This document shows positions 39,663 through 53,405 of a stretch of 64,000 nt of DNA, piece after piece. The notes beneath the pieces were generated by a model, which saw only the letters and a program-made list of their open reading frames with translations, did no database searches and was not told where the DNA came from. Each line of letters opens with the position of its first letter. Positions within the stretch are counted from its first letter, which is position 1. A program made the translations under genes and the position numbers. The stretch spans positions 7,688,001 to 7,752,000 of the forward strand of contig CM082590.2 of assembly GCA_040954595.2 (NCBI GenBank), read 5' to 3'. The stretch is from Balanoglossus misakiensis (Eukaryota > Animalia > Hemichordata).

Positions 39663-42600
39663 CTAGATGTCTGTTACCATTACAGTTGCAAGCAGAACAG
39701 TGGAAAGTGCTAAACAGAGACTGAGATATACTGCAGTTGCACCTGCTTCTATAAAATAAATTTCAATGTTGTTAGTCATGTCATTGCTATATGGCCTGTT
39801 TGTTTACAAGTATATAAAATAGCCATGGCGGGGTATAAAAGACCCCCCAAATCAGTGGCTAATCTTAATGCCGTTTGACTGACAACAGACAACACCAACG
39901 ATCTTGGCTCTATGAAAATCGGCCCAAACAGGTCCAAGCATAAAGAATTACACCACACAACGACAGTAGTTGGCTTTATAAACACACACAACATAAAGTT
40001 ATCGACGAAAAAGTACGCGAGCTTATGAAACAACGATGATTTTGGGAGAAATCTGGTTTCAGTGCTTTTCAGAAGCGTCCCTGGGAAACAATAACCACGC
40101 CATTCAAACAGTTGTCAATCGCGTGGAAGTGTGAAGTGTTCAATTATTTTCTGTGTACATGAGAGCAATTACACAGTCATTATGCACGACGACCACTCCC
40201 AAATAAACAACTATACAAACACACATTAATCCGAACCCCAGGACTTTCCGCACCGGGGTTTAACAACTTTTTTGTCATGGATGATGCAGCAAAAGTGGAA
40301 TTAGGAAAACCCTAGATCATAAATGAGCAAGTGTCACATGTTGCAATCAAACAAATCTGCCTGATCCCAAAAGAAAACCCCTCATCCTACAAAGCTTTCA
40401 TAAATCTGGTTTTCTGAGAAGATTCTTGACCAAATATTGTAAATTTGCCCAACCCACTACAAAATCACACTCACAGTTTATAAACTCACACTCAGTTCTG
40501 TGTATTCAAAATATTCAAAATTCTGAGAAAAAATCTGAGAAACTTGAGTATTTTAATGTTTGGTCTCTCTGAATAAAGTTCCGCTTGTAGCGTAGCTATT
40601 TTGAGGAGAGTATTTCAGTGTTCAGTGTATCTGAAGAAAATTCCAGTTTACTGCCAGCGTAGCTATAAAATAAATCCCATCTCATTAAAATTTCACAGTT
40701 GCCATACGCCAACCATTTTCAAATGACCTGGTGATTTGTAATACGCCCACTACCGTACCACATGCCAGAAATGCGGTACTTGAGCGATTAGGCTTTGAAT
40801 CATAAAATGTACGCTTCCCTCAACCATGCAGGTTTAAGTGTGAATTTCTTTACCACACTGCGACAGTTGTCAGATCTCTGATACGTTTTTGTTGAAAAAA
40901 ACAGGAATGAAAATCTTTAACCCTTTCACCCCCAGTTCCCTAATGATAGAGGTCCAACTTTCTCATAGGAGACAATGGATTTGGACCGAACCATGGCGGT
41001 GAAAGGGTTAAAGGCCATGTACAATTTAAGTACTAGTAAATATTACAATGTATTCACATTGCTGTGTCATTACCTGGCGGGTTTGTTGTCACTGAAGGAT
41101 CACCAGACGGCGGTTCTGTAAAGTAACAGTAAACACACAAAACCATCTGTGAATATATACCCATACACAGTCGAACCTGTCTATAGTGGCCAGTCAAAGG
41201 ACTTTCCTAAACTGGCCTGTATAGACTGGTGGCCTTTATAGACAGGTCAATTAACACACATGTGAATTGCACAGGGACTGTAACAAAGTGGCCACTATAT
41301 ATAGAGGTGCATGGTCACTAACAGGGGTTTGACTGTACAGTGAAACCTGTCTAAAGCGAACACCAAATGGACTGAAGAAACTGTCCAGATTATAGAGGTT
41401 CTTTTAACTTGCACACTGCAGTGCTTCTATGTTAAAGGGACAGGAAAAGGTGTTTGATATAGACAGGTTTCCAGGCTTGGTTTTGAGAATAGTTGAAACG
41501 AAGCCAATGTGGATAATGAAACGTGCATGATTAATGACCTCAAAAGCTCTCTCCATAAATAACAAAAAAGGCAGTGAGGAATAAAAATAGGTATTAGGTA
41601 TAACTCTTGACTTTATTTTCAGTATTTTTGTTCCATGTACCAAATGCAATTTCTTGTTCTGCTCCGAACAGCATGCTATTATATACTCAGTACGCCACTT
41701 GTCAATGTAAACTATATGTGTGTAACAGTAATTGTTATTGTCAACAAATGAATTCTATTCCAAACTTGAATTCCGATTTTGTACAATAGCAATGCTGACT
41801 ATATACTTATAGGTTATGATAATAAGCTGGATACTGGGCAATTTCATCATGTTTCATGGATTTGAACAAGACACTGCAGTAGGTACACAAAATAAAAATG
41901 CTGCAAAGATAGCCAAAAGTTACAGCTAATTAAGTTCGCAATGTTGGACACATTATTGATATTGCAAGATTTATTGATACAAATTCTTACCTGCACAGTT
42001 TGTCGTTCCGGCATCACCTGGGCCTGTACCAATAGCCAAACACCCCGCATTCAATACTGTATCGATGCCAGTGCCTATAATCTGTATACAGAGGTTTGTT
42101 GCGTTTCTGCAAGTTTCTTCGCTGTCAAATCTGATCGTCGCGGTGTTTCCGACTATGTCTTGTGAAGTGGTGTTGCCGGCGACAGGCTCAGGGTTTGTAG
42201 CTGTTGGAGCATCACCTTCAGCACCTTGTTTCCCACCAATCACATTGCCAAAGTCGTCCTCGAAGTAGACGTCGATACCATTCACCACGCCACCAACAAG
42301 CTCCGCACTCACAGTTGCAGTGAATGTGATGACAGTATCCTGGCCTCTGCTGTAGACAGGCGAGGCTGGGCTGGTAATGATGAAGTCGTCTAACACGACA
42401 TCTGCAAGGATCAAGAGAATCAACAGTCAGTGATACGAACAGTCAACCTTTCTATAGCAACAAGTCAAGGAACATACATTCTCACACTCCTGGCCGCTGG
42501 GAGTGTGGGATCGAGAGTGTGGGATAAATCGGTCCCACACTCTAGCAGAATCGAGAGCTCTATATGACACACCAAGGACCTGGGATCGTATTTCTCACAC

Positions 42601-43364
42601 TCGTCGGGGATATTTTGTTCCATGGTTTTGGATGGAAAGTGAATTTTAATTTACTAGACTGAGTATAACTGACAAAACAAGGTGCCGCATATTTGAACAG
42701 TGCTTAATACTGCCTGAATGTGCTGAAAAATCCATCACTGGACTGAAAATATCAGAGTCTCATAATATTGAACAAATTAAATACAGTAAAACTTAACTCA
42801 CCCGTTCCCTGTATGCAGCAGAGACATGCGGACAAAACAACCAGAAACACTGTGTATCTGAAATAAAAGAGTGTGATAGTAAATATACTGTATAACAAGA
42901 AATTTTCACACTATTCTGTGACAACTGAGTTTCGCGTTTTCTTATTTATGAATAAGGTTCTATTGTACGCATTGTTCGTTGGCAACTATTTATTTTGGCA
43001 TTTTACTGGCTCTCGTGAAGTTCGCGAAAATTTATTGATCGCGAAAATTTCCTGTTTTACAGTACCTGTAGAACCCTGCAAACCAAATCACATAGCCATT
43101 GGACAAGTGGTTTATTCTCCTGACAATTACTGCAGTTTTCAGGGTATACTGGCAAAAGTTGCCCTCTAAATATATTTTGAATAAAAAAACACCAATGGTC
43201 TAGCATGCATCTTGACAACAAAAACCAAGCAGCATTATGTATAAACTCTGCGATATTTTACATCACTGGAGAAAAAAATGGATCAAGATCAACCAGAACG
43301 TGACACAAAATGTACCGTCAGTGGACAAAATGCCACGAACAAACGTCTTTTGAACTTACCCCAT
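39663..43364 (-). CDS. Cluster gene 5: single-domain predicted GPI-anchored protein (~199 aa)
   Basis: Exons 43364-43360, 42857-42802, 42401-41991, 41115-41074, 39748-39663, in frame. Signal MGYTVFLVVLSACLCCIQGT; stalk EPPSGDPSVTTNPP; tail EAGATAVYLSLCLALSTVLLATVMVTDI*. TATA at ~43420-43428; 3'UTR intron donor 28 nt after the stop. Confidence 0.85.
40921..41007. mobile_element. piggyBac-like MITE
   Basis: TTAA|CCCTTTCACC...GGTGAAAGGG|TTAA, with a perfect 10-bp TIR and TTAA TSD. Confidence 0.75.
41991..42401 (-). CDS. Gene 5 domain exon
   Basis: ttgcag|AT...GCA G|gtaaga; 411 nt, phase 1-1. Confidence 0.87.
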
Positions 43365-44529
43365 TTTTGCCTGAGCCTGCTTGTCTGATTGCTGTGAGAT
43401 TTGTTGGAGATTCGGACACTTATATATACGTGTAGCCAACGCGTGGTTGATCCCACCAACACTGTGCTGATTGGCTGACCATGCTTCTACCTAATCTGCA
43501 TACCTTCACTGATTGGTTCCCCCTGGGGCGCTTGGGTAGTGCTGCCGTAAAACAAGTTTTGCCTGTCAAGAGATGTTGTGAAACCATGGCCAACAACAAG
43601 GTAAACATTTGGGAAGCTTGTTACTATGGGACTGATACACACACAAGAAAATTAGACCAGTCAACACCACTCTCCTATATCTAGTTTATATGCATGGCAA
43701 ACTTTAATAAGGAACCCTTTCATTTTATTCAGGTGTTTTTGTTAACACACATAGAAATTTCCGATATCAATTGGCCAACAGGGGTTCCTGGCACTGACAA
43801 GTACCGGTATAACCACAGGGATTTATTCAGGGAAAGTGGAGAAATACTAAGACAATTAAAACAACCAACATAAACGCAAATACAGTTTGTTTCAAATTCT
43901 CCACCACTAAGAGAGTTCTTTTGACTAATAGGTGACTTATCACACAAGTGTGGTCAGTTTAATAATGGCCCCAGTAATTCAGACTTTTGGCTATTCTTTT
44001 TCAGTATTTTTGGCCATGTTTCAACTGTGGTTTCTTGTTCTACGCTGGATAGCTTTATGAAGTTGCCAGTCTTTAGCTTCTCAACAGTTGCCTGTATATG
44101 AGTGAATAGGGAATTTTAATGGTCATAAATGAATTCAAGTCTGGACTTGAATTCATTTTTCACACTCAAAAAAAATACTGTATACTACAAGAGCTTTGTA
44201 TTAAAAAGACCAAATACTGATCAATGATTAAATGTTTCACAGAGTTGAACAAGAAACCACAGTCAATGCCCAAATCAATAATGCTGAGAAGTTCACCCAA
44301 AGTTGGAGTTATTGGGTTTCAACTGTTATTTTTATAAGTGGCCCTGCATTTCAAATCTGCAAATGGTTGTCCAGCATAAAAATAGTGTAAGGAGGTGCGT
44401 TTTCATTTTTCTGTAGAAGTTCCGCTTTCATGCACTCTCCTTTAAGCTTTAACCCATAACGGCTGTTGTCAGGATCAACAGAACATTCCACAAGTCACTT
44501 TAAACGTTAACCCTAACACTGCTGAGTCT

Positions 44530-44745
44530 GTTGGTCTGTCTGTCTGTCTGTCTCTCTCTCTCTTTCTGTCTGTTGTTATCTGCCTGTCTCTGTCTCTCCC
44601 CCCTCTCTCTCTCAGTGCTGAGTCTCTTGGTCTGTCTGTCTGTGTGTCTGTCTGTCTCTCCCTCTCTCTCTCTCTTTCCCCCCTCTCTCGATCCCCTGTC
44701 TGTCTGTCCTCTCTCATTCATTTTTTCTGTCTCTCCCCTTTCTGA
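44530..44745. repeat. Degenerate (TC)/(TGTC)n low-complexity tract
   Basis: Direct reading. Confidence 0.85.
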
Positions 44746-45276
44746 ATGACCGCAGGACTGCCTGTCTGCACTCTTGTATAACGAAGGAAAACCTATATAA
44801 TAACGAGGGAAAAAAAGTAAGCTTGGGCCGTGATTTACTCGCGTATAAATTACACCCTCGCACCAGGTGTACCTGCAAAACATGACCTCATATTCATAAA
44901 GAGAAATCTGTATATTTTCGCGAGCAATAAATTTTCACGAAATACGCAAGAGTAAAAAAACCATGAAAACAAAAAGTCGCGTAAAAAAAAATTTTCAGAG
45001 ATACCGATGCAGAGAAATACGAGAAAACGAAAATTCATCCTCGTGTAACAGTTGCCTATTTTGATATCGCGAAAATTTCCTGTCGCGAAAATAACCATAC
45101 CTGTTTTACAGTAATCCAACTAAGTAAACAATTTATACATGTACCTTTCTGGTCAAGAGTGATAAATTTCAGGGTGTGACTGAACACAAACACCCTAGCG
45201 GTTGTAAATCATTTACACCAACGCAGAGGAGACATTGAGTCAACAGTTGCCTTGGAAAGTGTACTATGTGACTATA

Positions 45277-45506
45277 AACCTTCTGACAATAACACAGTAC
45301 AAACAAGTCAACTATGGAGGACGTGCATTTTCCTATGCTGCACCAAAGTTCTGGAACTCACTACCTGATGACATTCGTCTAGCTACCAGTCTTGACTCTT
45401 TCAAGGGGAAACTGAAGACTGACTTGTTTAAAACAGCCTACAGTGTGTGTGAACAACCATCGGGCGCCACTGAACAGTTCTCTGGATATTGGCGCCATAT
45501 AAATGT

Positions 45507-45541
<35 letters not shown>
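45277..45541 (+). mobile_element. 5'-truncated LINE 3' end (CR1/L2-clade ORF2 C-terminus) with (GATT)n tail
   Basis: YGGRAFSYAAPKFWNSLPDDIRLATSLDSFKGKLKTDLF is the typical L2/CR1-group ORF2 C-terminal motif; microsatellite tail at ~45510-45541. Confidence 0.85.
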
Positions 45542-46040
45542 AAAACCCAACGCCAAACACCAGTCTTGCACTTTATGACCCCATGTGTCTTACACATTTC
45601 ACTGGAATGCTGTGCTTTAGCGGACTTTTTTGTTCGCAGATACTACGGTACTGTTACATGTACCTAAAATAAAAGAACTGTGATCATCTTATGTTGCATG
45701 TGCTTAATTTCGTGTAATATATCGAACATTATATATCATAGCAGTCATATTAGCAGCTTTGTTACCAGGCTTCCCAATTCATTACCAATGTTCCCCAACC
45801 TTAGCAAAAACACTGATGTATTTCGGTGAACATGCTACTTGATTACTTTCAATAACCGTTCAATCCTTGTCTGTATATTTCAGATGTTGCAAGAAGTCAG
45901 ATGTATAAAACTGAACCACTATAGAGATTGGATCGCCTGGCCTTTTCCCCACCCCCTAGTATCAAATGACTATACCAACTCTACACAGGATATACCATAC
46001 ATATACTGAGGTAATTAAGTCTAATAAATACTTTATTTAA

Positions 46041-46385
46041 AGGGACAAAGTCTCTCTCTCGCTGCCCTTTTTTCCATTAATTATATTGGATACAAGACAC
46101 CGTTTGTTATTCTACATGTGGATATATAGTGAATGAACGTTCAACCACACACAACTTCCATCCCTCTTATAGACAGGAGAGTGAAAAAACTCGCCAAAAT
46201 GAATAATTGGTCTCTGCCGTTTATTCATTTTGGGCGAGTTATAACTCTCATATCCTACAAACGGGATGGAAGTTGTGTGTGGTCGAATGTTGACTCACTA
46301 TATATCCACATGTAGAATAACATAAATGGTGTCTTGTATGAAACATAATTACTGAAAAAGGGGCAGCAAGAGAGACTTTGTTCCT
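46041..46385. mobile_element. MITE family A full copy; empty site in the paralogous segment at 52536-52539
   Basis: CTTTAT-TTAA|element|TTAA-TCAAAAT here versus CTTTAT-TTAA-TCAAAAT at ~52530. Confidence 0.85.
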
Positions 46386-48214
46386 TTAATCAAAATATTT
46401 TAGCGAATCACACATTGTGAATCTCATGCTCACTTTGTTGACTGTACCGGAAGTGTAGTATTTGAAAAAGTCACTCCCCAAAAAACACTCGCTGTTTAGT
46501 TTTTTGACAACTGGGTTTTAGAAACAAGGAAACTATTTCAGTTCATATTCCGGAAATACTAATGTAAACACCGTCATTGTTGGGTGCATATTGATGATAT
46601 CAAATACCATATTTCGGTCACCAGCTTCACAATGGGTGTATTAGTTATGTTGAGTAGGTAGAGGCAAAGTCTAACTACAGTTTTCTGACATGTAATGGCC
46701 ACTGTAGTCGAGACGCTAACGCCAACCGTCAACTCACATTGAGTCACAGTTTAAATTCACTGCATTTACCTGAATGCTTGCACTGCACCAAACATGTTGT
46801 ATATCATCCGTTTGAATGAGAGCCAAGTTAGCTGAGATACGTAAATCGCAACGGTCGCATGCATTCACGTATACAACCATCGTGAGTAGGATATACAGAC
46901 AAGTAGCGCACAAATCATTTCCGTGGATTAGACTGTCGCTAACAACAATTTAAGTAAACATTGCGATCTGGCAGCAATGCATGGTTGGAATGCACACGCC
47001 TCTAAGACAAACATAAATTCCATTCATTTTGACACCTGGTTTTTATTATTTTACAACTGTGTTTTTTGCTACCCGAGTTCCATCGGGGTCAGGGTACCGG
47101 TATATGACAGCATCAAATGATCGGCACACAGCGCTTATAGTGAACTAGTGGGCCACTAATCTACAGTATAACTTTTCGTATCATTCTGTTTGTTTATCAA
47201 CCATGTTTTTTATTGTTGTCCGTACATGATTGTAACGTGGCCACAGTTATAGCCTGAACGATGGGAGACACACAAGAAAGTCATGCTAAACAAATGGGAA
47301 ACTCGATAGCTTGTACGCATGCATACTCTGGGTTAGCAACTGATATTAAGATGTTGGGGTAACACAGATAAAAGACAAGTACTGCTCAGCATGTAATGTT
47401 TATTGCAAAAAAAAAATAGATCAGAACTTCTCGGTCGTTTAATACGCACTGTGGTTATGTTTGATACAAGACACTGTTAATGTTATTCTACATGCAGGAT
47501 AAATAGTGAACAACGTTCGACCACACACAGCTTCCATCCCACTTGTAGACACAAGAGTGAAAAACTGGCCAAAATGAATAATCGGTGTTTACCGTTTATT
47601 CATTTTGGCGAGATTTTTACTCTCATATCCTACAAATGGGATGGAAGTTGTGTGTGGTCGAACGTTGATTCACTATATATTCACATGTAGAATAACAGAA
47701 ATGGTGTCTTGTATCAAACATAATTGATGGAAAAAGGACAGCGAGAGAGAGACTTTCTCCCTTTAAAGTACATGTTCAGAAATATATAGATACTTTACAA
47801 AACAAACATGCATGATTTATATGCGTATATCAGGTTTGCAATTCAAATCATGAGCTCGAAGCCAAATTGGTTCCAAGATCGGTTACGTAGTGATTGAGGA
47901 TTATACTAATAAAAATTCTTGCATAAAGTTGTTGGGTATGTGGGTGAAATCTTATATTGGTCAGATGTGGTTTTCCATACCTGCAAAAAATAAACAAACA
48001 AAAAAACGGTATAAGAGGTCAATGTACTAAAATTGGCACAAAGTTGCAACCACTGGGCCCATAATAATGAATGCCTAGCGCCCTCACACAGCCAGAATGA
48101 ACGGACCTTTTGGTTTAGACAGGTTTTACTGTACTTTAAAATGATCTGAAGCGCACACACTAAAAGTAAAAGCTAAACATACTTACAAGAAATGCAGTCA
48201 TTGATGGTTGCCCA

Positions 48215-51002
48215 CTAGATATCTGTTACCATCACGGTTGCCAGCAGAACAGTGGAAAGTGCTAAACAGAGACTCAGATATACTGTAGTTGCACCTGCTA
48301 TAAAACAAAAATTCCAATGTTGTTAGTCATGTCATTGCTATATGGCCTGTTTGTTTACAAGTATATAAAATAACCATGGCCCAGATTAAAAGAGTGAAAA
48401 AAGTTGCCAAACTGAATAATCGGTCTCTACCATTTATTCATTTTGGCGAGATTTTTACTCACATGCTACAAACGGGATAGAAGTTGTGTGAGGTTGAACG
48501 TTGATTCACTATATATCCACATGCAGAATAACATAAACGGTGTCTTGTATCAAACATAATTACATGTAATGGAATAAGGGCAGCGAGAGAGAGACTTTGT
48601 CCCTTTAAAGGCCCTGTACAATTCCAGTACACGTAAATATTATGAGGTTATTACGAAAATACCGCAAAGTATGCACGAGGACTAAGCGCCAAGTATTGCC
48701 CGACGCTGGCGGAGGGCGATGCGCTGCGCTAATGTCCAATAAACAGTTACATACGTGCTAAAAAACACAAAGGATTTCTTATTTGCCTTCATTGTTCTGC
48801 CCTCTGGGATCGAGAAAATAGCCTTTAAGTTTGCAATGCTGCAATGGGCACATGTATATTGTAAATTTTCTTGATACAATCTTACCTGCACAGTTTTTTG
48901 TTCCGGCTTCACGTGCACCTGTACCAATAGCCAAACACCTCACATTAAATACTGCTGTAGCGATGCCAGTGCCTTTAATCTGTATGCAGAGGTTTTTTGC
49001 GTTTCTGCAAGTTTCCTCGCTGTCGAATCTGATTGTCGCGGTGTTTCCGGCTAACTCTTGCCAAGTGGTGCCGCCGCTGATGGTCACAGGGTTTGTAGCA
49101 GTTGGAGCATCACCACCTGCAGCTTGTCTTGTCCCGGCAATCTCATTGAGAGAGTCGTCCTTGAAGTAGACATCGATACCATTCACCACGCCACCAACAG
49201 ACCACGCACTGACGGTTGCAGTGAATGTGATGACAGTATCCTGGCCTCTGCTGTAGACAATGTCAGCAGGAGAGGCTGGGCTGGTAATGGTGAAGGCGCT
49301 TAACCAGACATCTGCAAGGGGAGAATCAACAGTGATACGAACAGTCAACCTTTCTATAGCAACAAAGTCAGGGAACAATAGAAACTCACACTCCCAAGGA
49401 CCTGGGATCATGCATATTTCTCACATGAGTTGGGGATTTTTTGTCTCCTGGCATGGTGAGAGTGTGGGATCAGAGTGTATGAACTAAATGTTATCCAATG
49501 GTGCGATGTGTATTACACGAAAAAAAACACTACATAAGATGACAGTTCCACAGTCAATTATTCAATGTTTCTGATATAAATTTGGCTATGGTTGTGTGAG
49601 AAATAGAACCTCACACACCAAGGACCTGGGATCATATTTCTTGCACTCGTTGGGGATTTTTTGTCCCACACGAGCTGCATATGATCCCAGGTCCTTGGAA
49701 GTGTTAGAATCTGTAATTATTCCTAATTTTTCCTTTACAAATTTGACAGGTTGATTTTATAGGCAAGTCAATTAATCCACGATAATTGCACAAGGATTGT
49801 AAAAGAAAAGTGTCACTATATAGAAAAATCTCCACTTTTTAGAGTTGGCCAGTTGTACAGTGGCTGTATCGAGAACCCATGTGTCGAAACAGGGCAGTAA
49901 ATACAGCAGTTAAAGGGACAAAGTCTCTCTCTCGCTGCCCTTTTTTCCATTAATTATGTTTGATACAAGACACTGTGTATGTTATTCTACATGTGGATAT
50001 ATAGTGAATGAACGTTCAACCACACACAACTTCCATCCCACTTGTGGACACGAGAGTGAAAAAAATCGCCAAAATGAATAATCTCTACCATTTATTCATT
50101 TGGTCAAGATTTTTACTCTCATATCATACAAGCGGGATGGAAGTTGTGCGTGGTTGAATGTTCATTCACTACATATCCACATGTACATTAACATAAATGG
50201 TGTCTTGTATCAAACAGAATTAATGGAAGAAGGCAGCAAGAAAGAGACTTTGTCTCTTTAAATTTCACCAGCCACATTTCAGTCCCACACCAACTTATAT
50301 GCTGAAAAAATCCATCACTGGACTGAAAATATCAGAGTCTCATAATAGTGAACAAATACAATAAAACTTAACTCACCCTTTCCCTGTATACAACAGAGAC
50401 ATGCGGACAAAACAACCAGAAACACTGTGTATCTGGAATAAAAGAGTGTGACAGTAAATATACTGTATAACGAGAAATTTTCACAATATCAATAGAGGTG
50501 ACTATTCTGTGACAATTAAGTTTCGTGTTTTCGTATTTACAAAAAAAGGTTCTATTGTTCACATTGTTCTTTCGCAACTATTTATTTTGGCATTTTATTG
50601 GCAGTCCGGAAGTTCGCTAAAATTTATCGTTTATTTCCTGTTTCACACTACCTTTAGAAACCTGCAAACCAAATCACAAAGCTGTTGGACATGTGGTTTC
50701 TCCTGATAATTACTGCAGTTTTCAACCAAAGGCAAACGATTCATTTCATTTCCAACTGACTTTAGCCTGATAAACATATACTGGCAAAGTTGCCCTCTAA
50801 ATATATTTTGAACAAAATCCCGTCAATGCTCTAACATGCAGCTACACAACAAAAACCAAGCAGCAATGTGGATGTGTATAAACTCTGTTATATTTTACAT
50901 CACTGCAGAAAAAAAATGGACCAAAATCAACGAGAACCTGTAAAATATTGTACCGTCAGTGGACAAAATGCCAAGAACAATCGTCATGTGAACTTACCTC
51001 AT
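48215..51002 (-). CDS. Cluster gene 6: single-domain predicted GPI-anchored protein, recent duplicate of gene 5 (~189 aa)
   Basis: Exons 51002-50998, 50432-50377, 49311-48886, 48297-48215, in frame. Signal MRYTVFLVVLSACLCCIQGK; tail AGATTVYLSLCLALSTVLLATVMVTDI*. No stalk exon found; TATA at ~51058-51068. Confidence 0.85.
48886..49311 (-). CDS. Gene 6 domain exon
   Basis: ttgcag|AT...GCA G|gtaaga; 426 nt, phase 1-1. Confidence 0.87.
49914..50257. mobile_element. MITE family A full copy (gene 6 intron)
   Basis: TTAA TSD at 49910-49913 and 50258-50261. Partial copies also at ~47455-47766, 48390-48608, 51837-52003, 55735-55990, 61878-62170. Confidence 0.8.
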
Positions 51003-53062
51003 TTTTGCCTGAGCCTGCTTGTCTGATTGCTGTGATATCTGAAGAGGATTCGGACACTTATATATATACGTGTTTCCAATGCGTGGTTTATCCCACCAAC
51101 ACTGTGCTGATTGGCTGACCATGCTTCTACCTAATTTGCATACATTCACCGATTGGTTCTCCCTGGGGTGCTTGGGTAATGCTGCTGTAAAACAAGTTTT
51201 GCCTGTCAAGAGATGTTGTGAAACCATGGCCAATAACAAAGTAAACATTTGGCTTGTTTCTATGGGACTGATACACACACACAAGAAAATCTAGTTCATA
51301 TGCATGGCAAACTTTAAGGAGAAAAAAACTTTTTAGTAATGTTTGATTCAAACACCTAGCCTGAATGCATCCCTTTCTATCCTGCTTCATAACCATACTG
51401 TTTGCAACAAATGATTAAAGGGACAGTAATTCTTACAAACAGAATAATTAAAGTAAATAATATCACAAAAATGTTTCCAATATGATATGGTATTATATTT
51501 TAAAGCACTTTATTTCTAAATCACACAGAGGCCACTCTTTCATTTTATTCAGGTGTTTTTGTTAACACACATAGAAATTTCCGATATCAATTGGCCAAGT
51601 GTGCCAACCACTGTTACACACATTTGCAGATTTTTAACGGGGGGACCTGGCACTGACAAGTACAGGTATAACCACAGGGATTTATTCAGGGAAAGTGGAG
51701 AAATACTTGTATGATAGACAATTAAAACTAACCAACATAAATTTGCAAATACAATTTGTTTCAAATTCTCCACCACTAAGAGAGTTCTTGTTTTGACAAA
51801 CGGGTGACAATCACATAAGTATGGTCTGAGTTTAATTAAAGGGACAAAAGGGACAAAATTATTCTCTCGCTGCCCTTTTTCCATTAAGTACGTTTGATAC
51901 AAGACACCGTTTATGTTGTAATGTAATGTTAAGTTGTGTGTGGTTGAATGTTCATTCACTACATATACACATGTACATTAACATAAATGGTGTCTTGTAT
52001 CAAAAGCAATAGCTGTTATGTGAGGATTAGTTTTCGTATTCTCTTATTTCATTTACTGCATCGTTATCTCAGGAAAACATTTTACTCGACTTTTTATTTT
52101 CACGTTTTTTGGCTCTCGTGTATTTAGCGAAAATTTATTGCTCGAGATATCAGAAGAGGCAACAACTGTTATGCGAGGATTAATTTTCGTATTCTCTTAT
52201 TTCATTTACTGCATCGTTATCTCCGGAAAACATTTTACGCGACTTTTTGCTTTAACGTTTTTTGGCTCTCGTGTATTTAGCAAAAATTTATTGCTCACAA
52301 AAATCCAACTAAGGTTTGACTACCGGTACTTGATTACTTTCAATAACCATTCAATTGTTGTCTGTTTATTTCAGATGGTGCAAGAAGTCAGATGTATGTA
52401 TATGAAACTGCATGAATCACTATAGAGATGGGATCGCCTGGCTTTTTCCCCACCTACGTATCAAATGACTACACAAACTCTACATAGGATATACCATGCA
52501 TATACTGAGGTAATTAAGTCTAATAAATACTTTATTTAATCAAAATGTTTTAGCGAATCACACATTGTGAATCTCACAAGCACTATGTTGACTGTGTACC
52601 AGAAGTACGGTATTTGAAAAAGTCACTCAAAAAAAAAAAAAACACTTTCTGTTTAGTTTTTTGACAGCTGGGTTTAAAAGATAAGGAAACTAGTTCAGTT
52701 CATATTCCAGGAAGACTATTATAAACACCGTCATTGTGGTGTGCATATTGATGATACAAGCGCCAATTTGCTCAAATACCACACTTTCAGTCACCAGATT
52801 CACATTGGGTGTATTAATTACAGTAACTGTAAAATACGTGAGAGCCAAAAATAACCTGTGAAAATAGAAAGTCGCGTAAAATGTTTTTTAGAGATAACGA
52901 TGCAGTGAAATATGAGAGAATGCGAAAGTTATATTTTGTGTTTCAGTTGCCCCTTGATATCACTGAAATTTCCTGTCGCGAAAATTTCCCGTTTTACAGT
53001 ATTTAGAGGCAAAGTCTAACTACAGTCTTCTGACATGTAATGGCCACATAGTCGAGAGGCTA

Positions 53063-53405
53063 AGAATAATAGAATCTCACACTCCCAAGGACCTGGGAGT
53101 GTGAGAAATATGATCCCAGGTCCTTGGTGTGTGAGATTATTTTTCTCACACGGTCACAAATTAGCCAAGTTCGTTAAAAACATTGAATAAATGACGCTGG
53201 AACTGTCATCTGGGGGCACGTTGTAGTCTCTGTCCTTGTAATACACATCGCGCCATTGGATAACATTTAGCGCGCGAAGCGAAAGAACGCTTTGTCAACC
53301 AATCAGCGCTCGCGTCATATACAGCTTTCGATTCAGTGAGAGTGTGAGAACAAATTGTTCTCACACTCTGTTCTCACACTCCCAGCGTGCCAGGAGTGTG
53401 AGAAT
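53063..53405. mobile_element. Repeat family F (CTCACACTC / GAGTGTGAG subrepeats), insertion absent from the paralogous site at ~46720
   Basis: Related sequence at 42470-42620 and 49370-49720; flanks are contiguous at 46705-46745. Confidence 0.6.
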
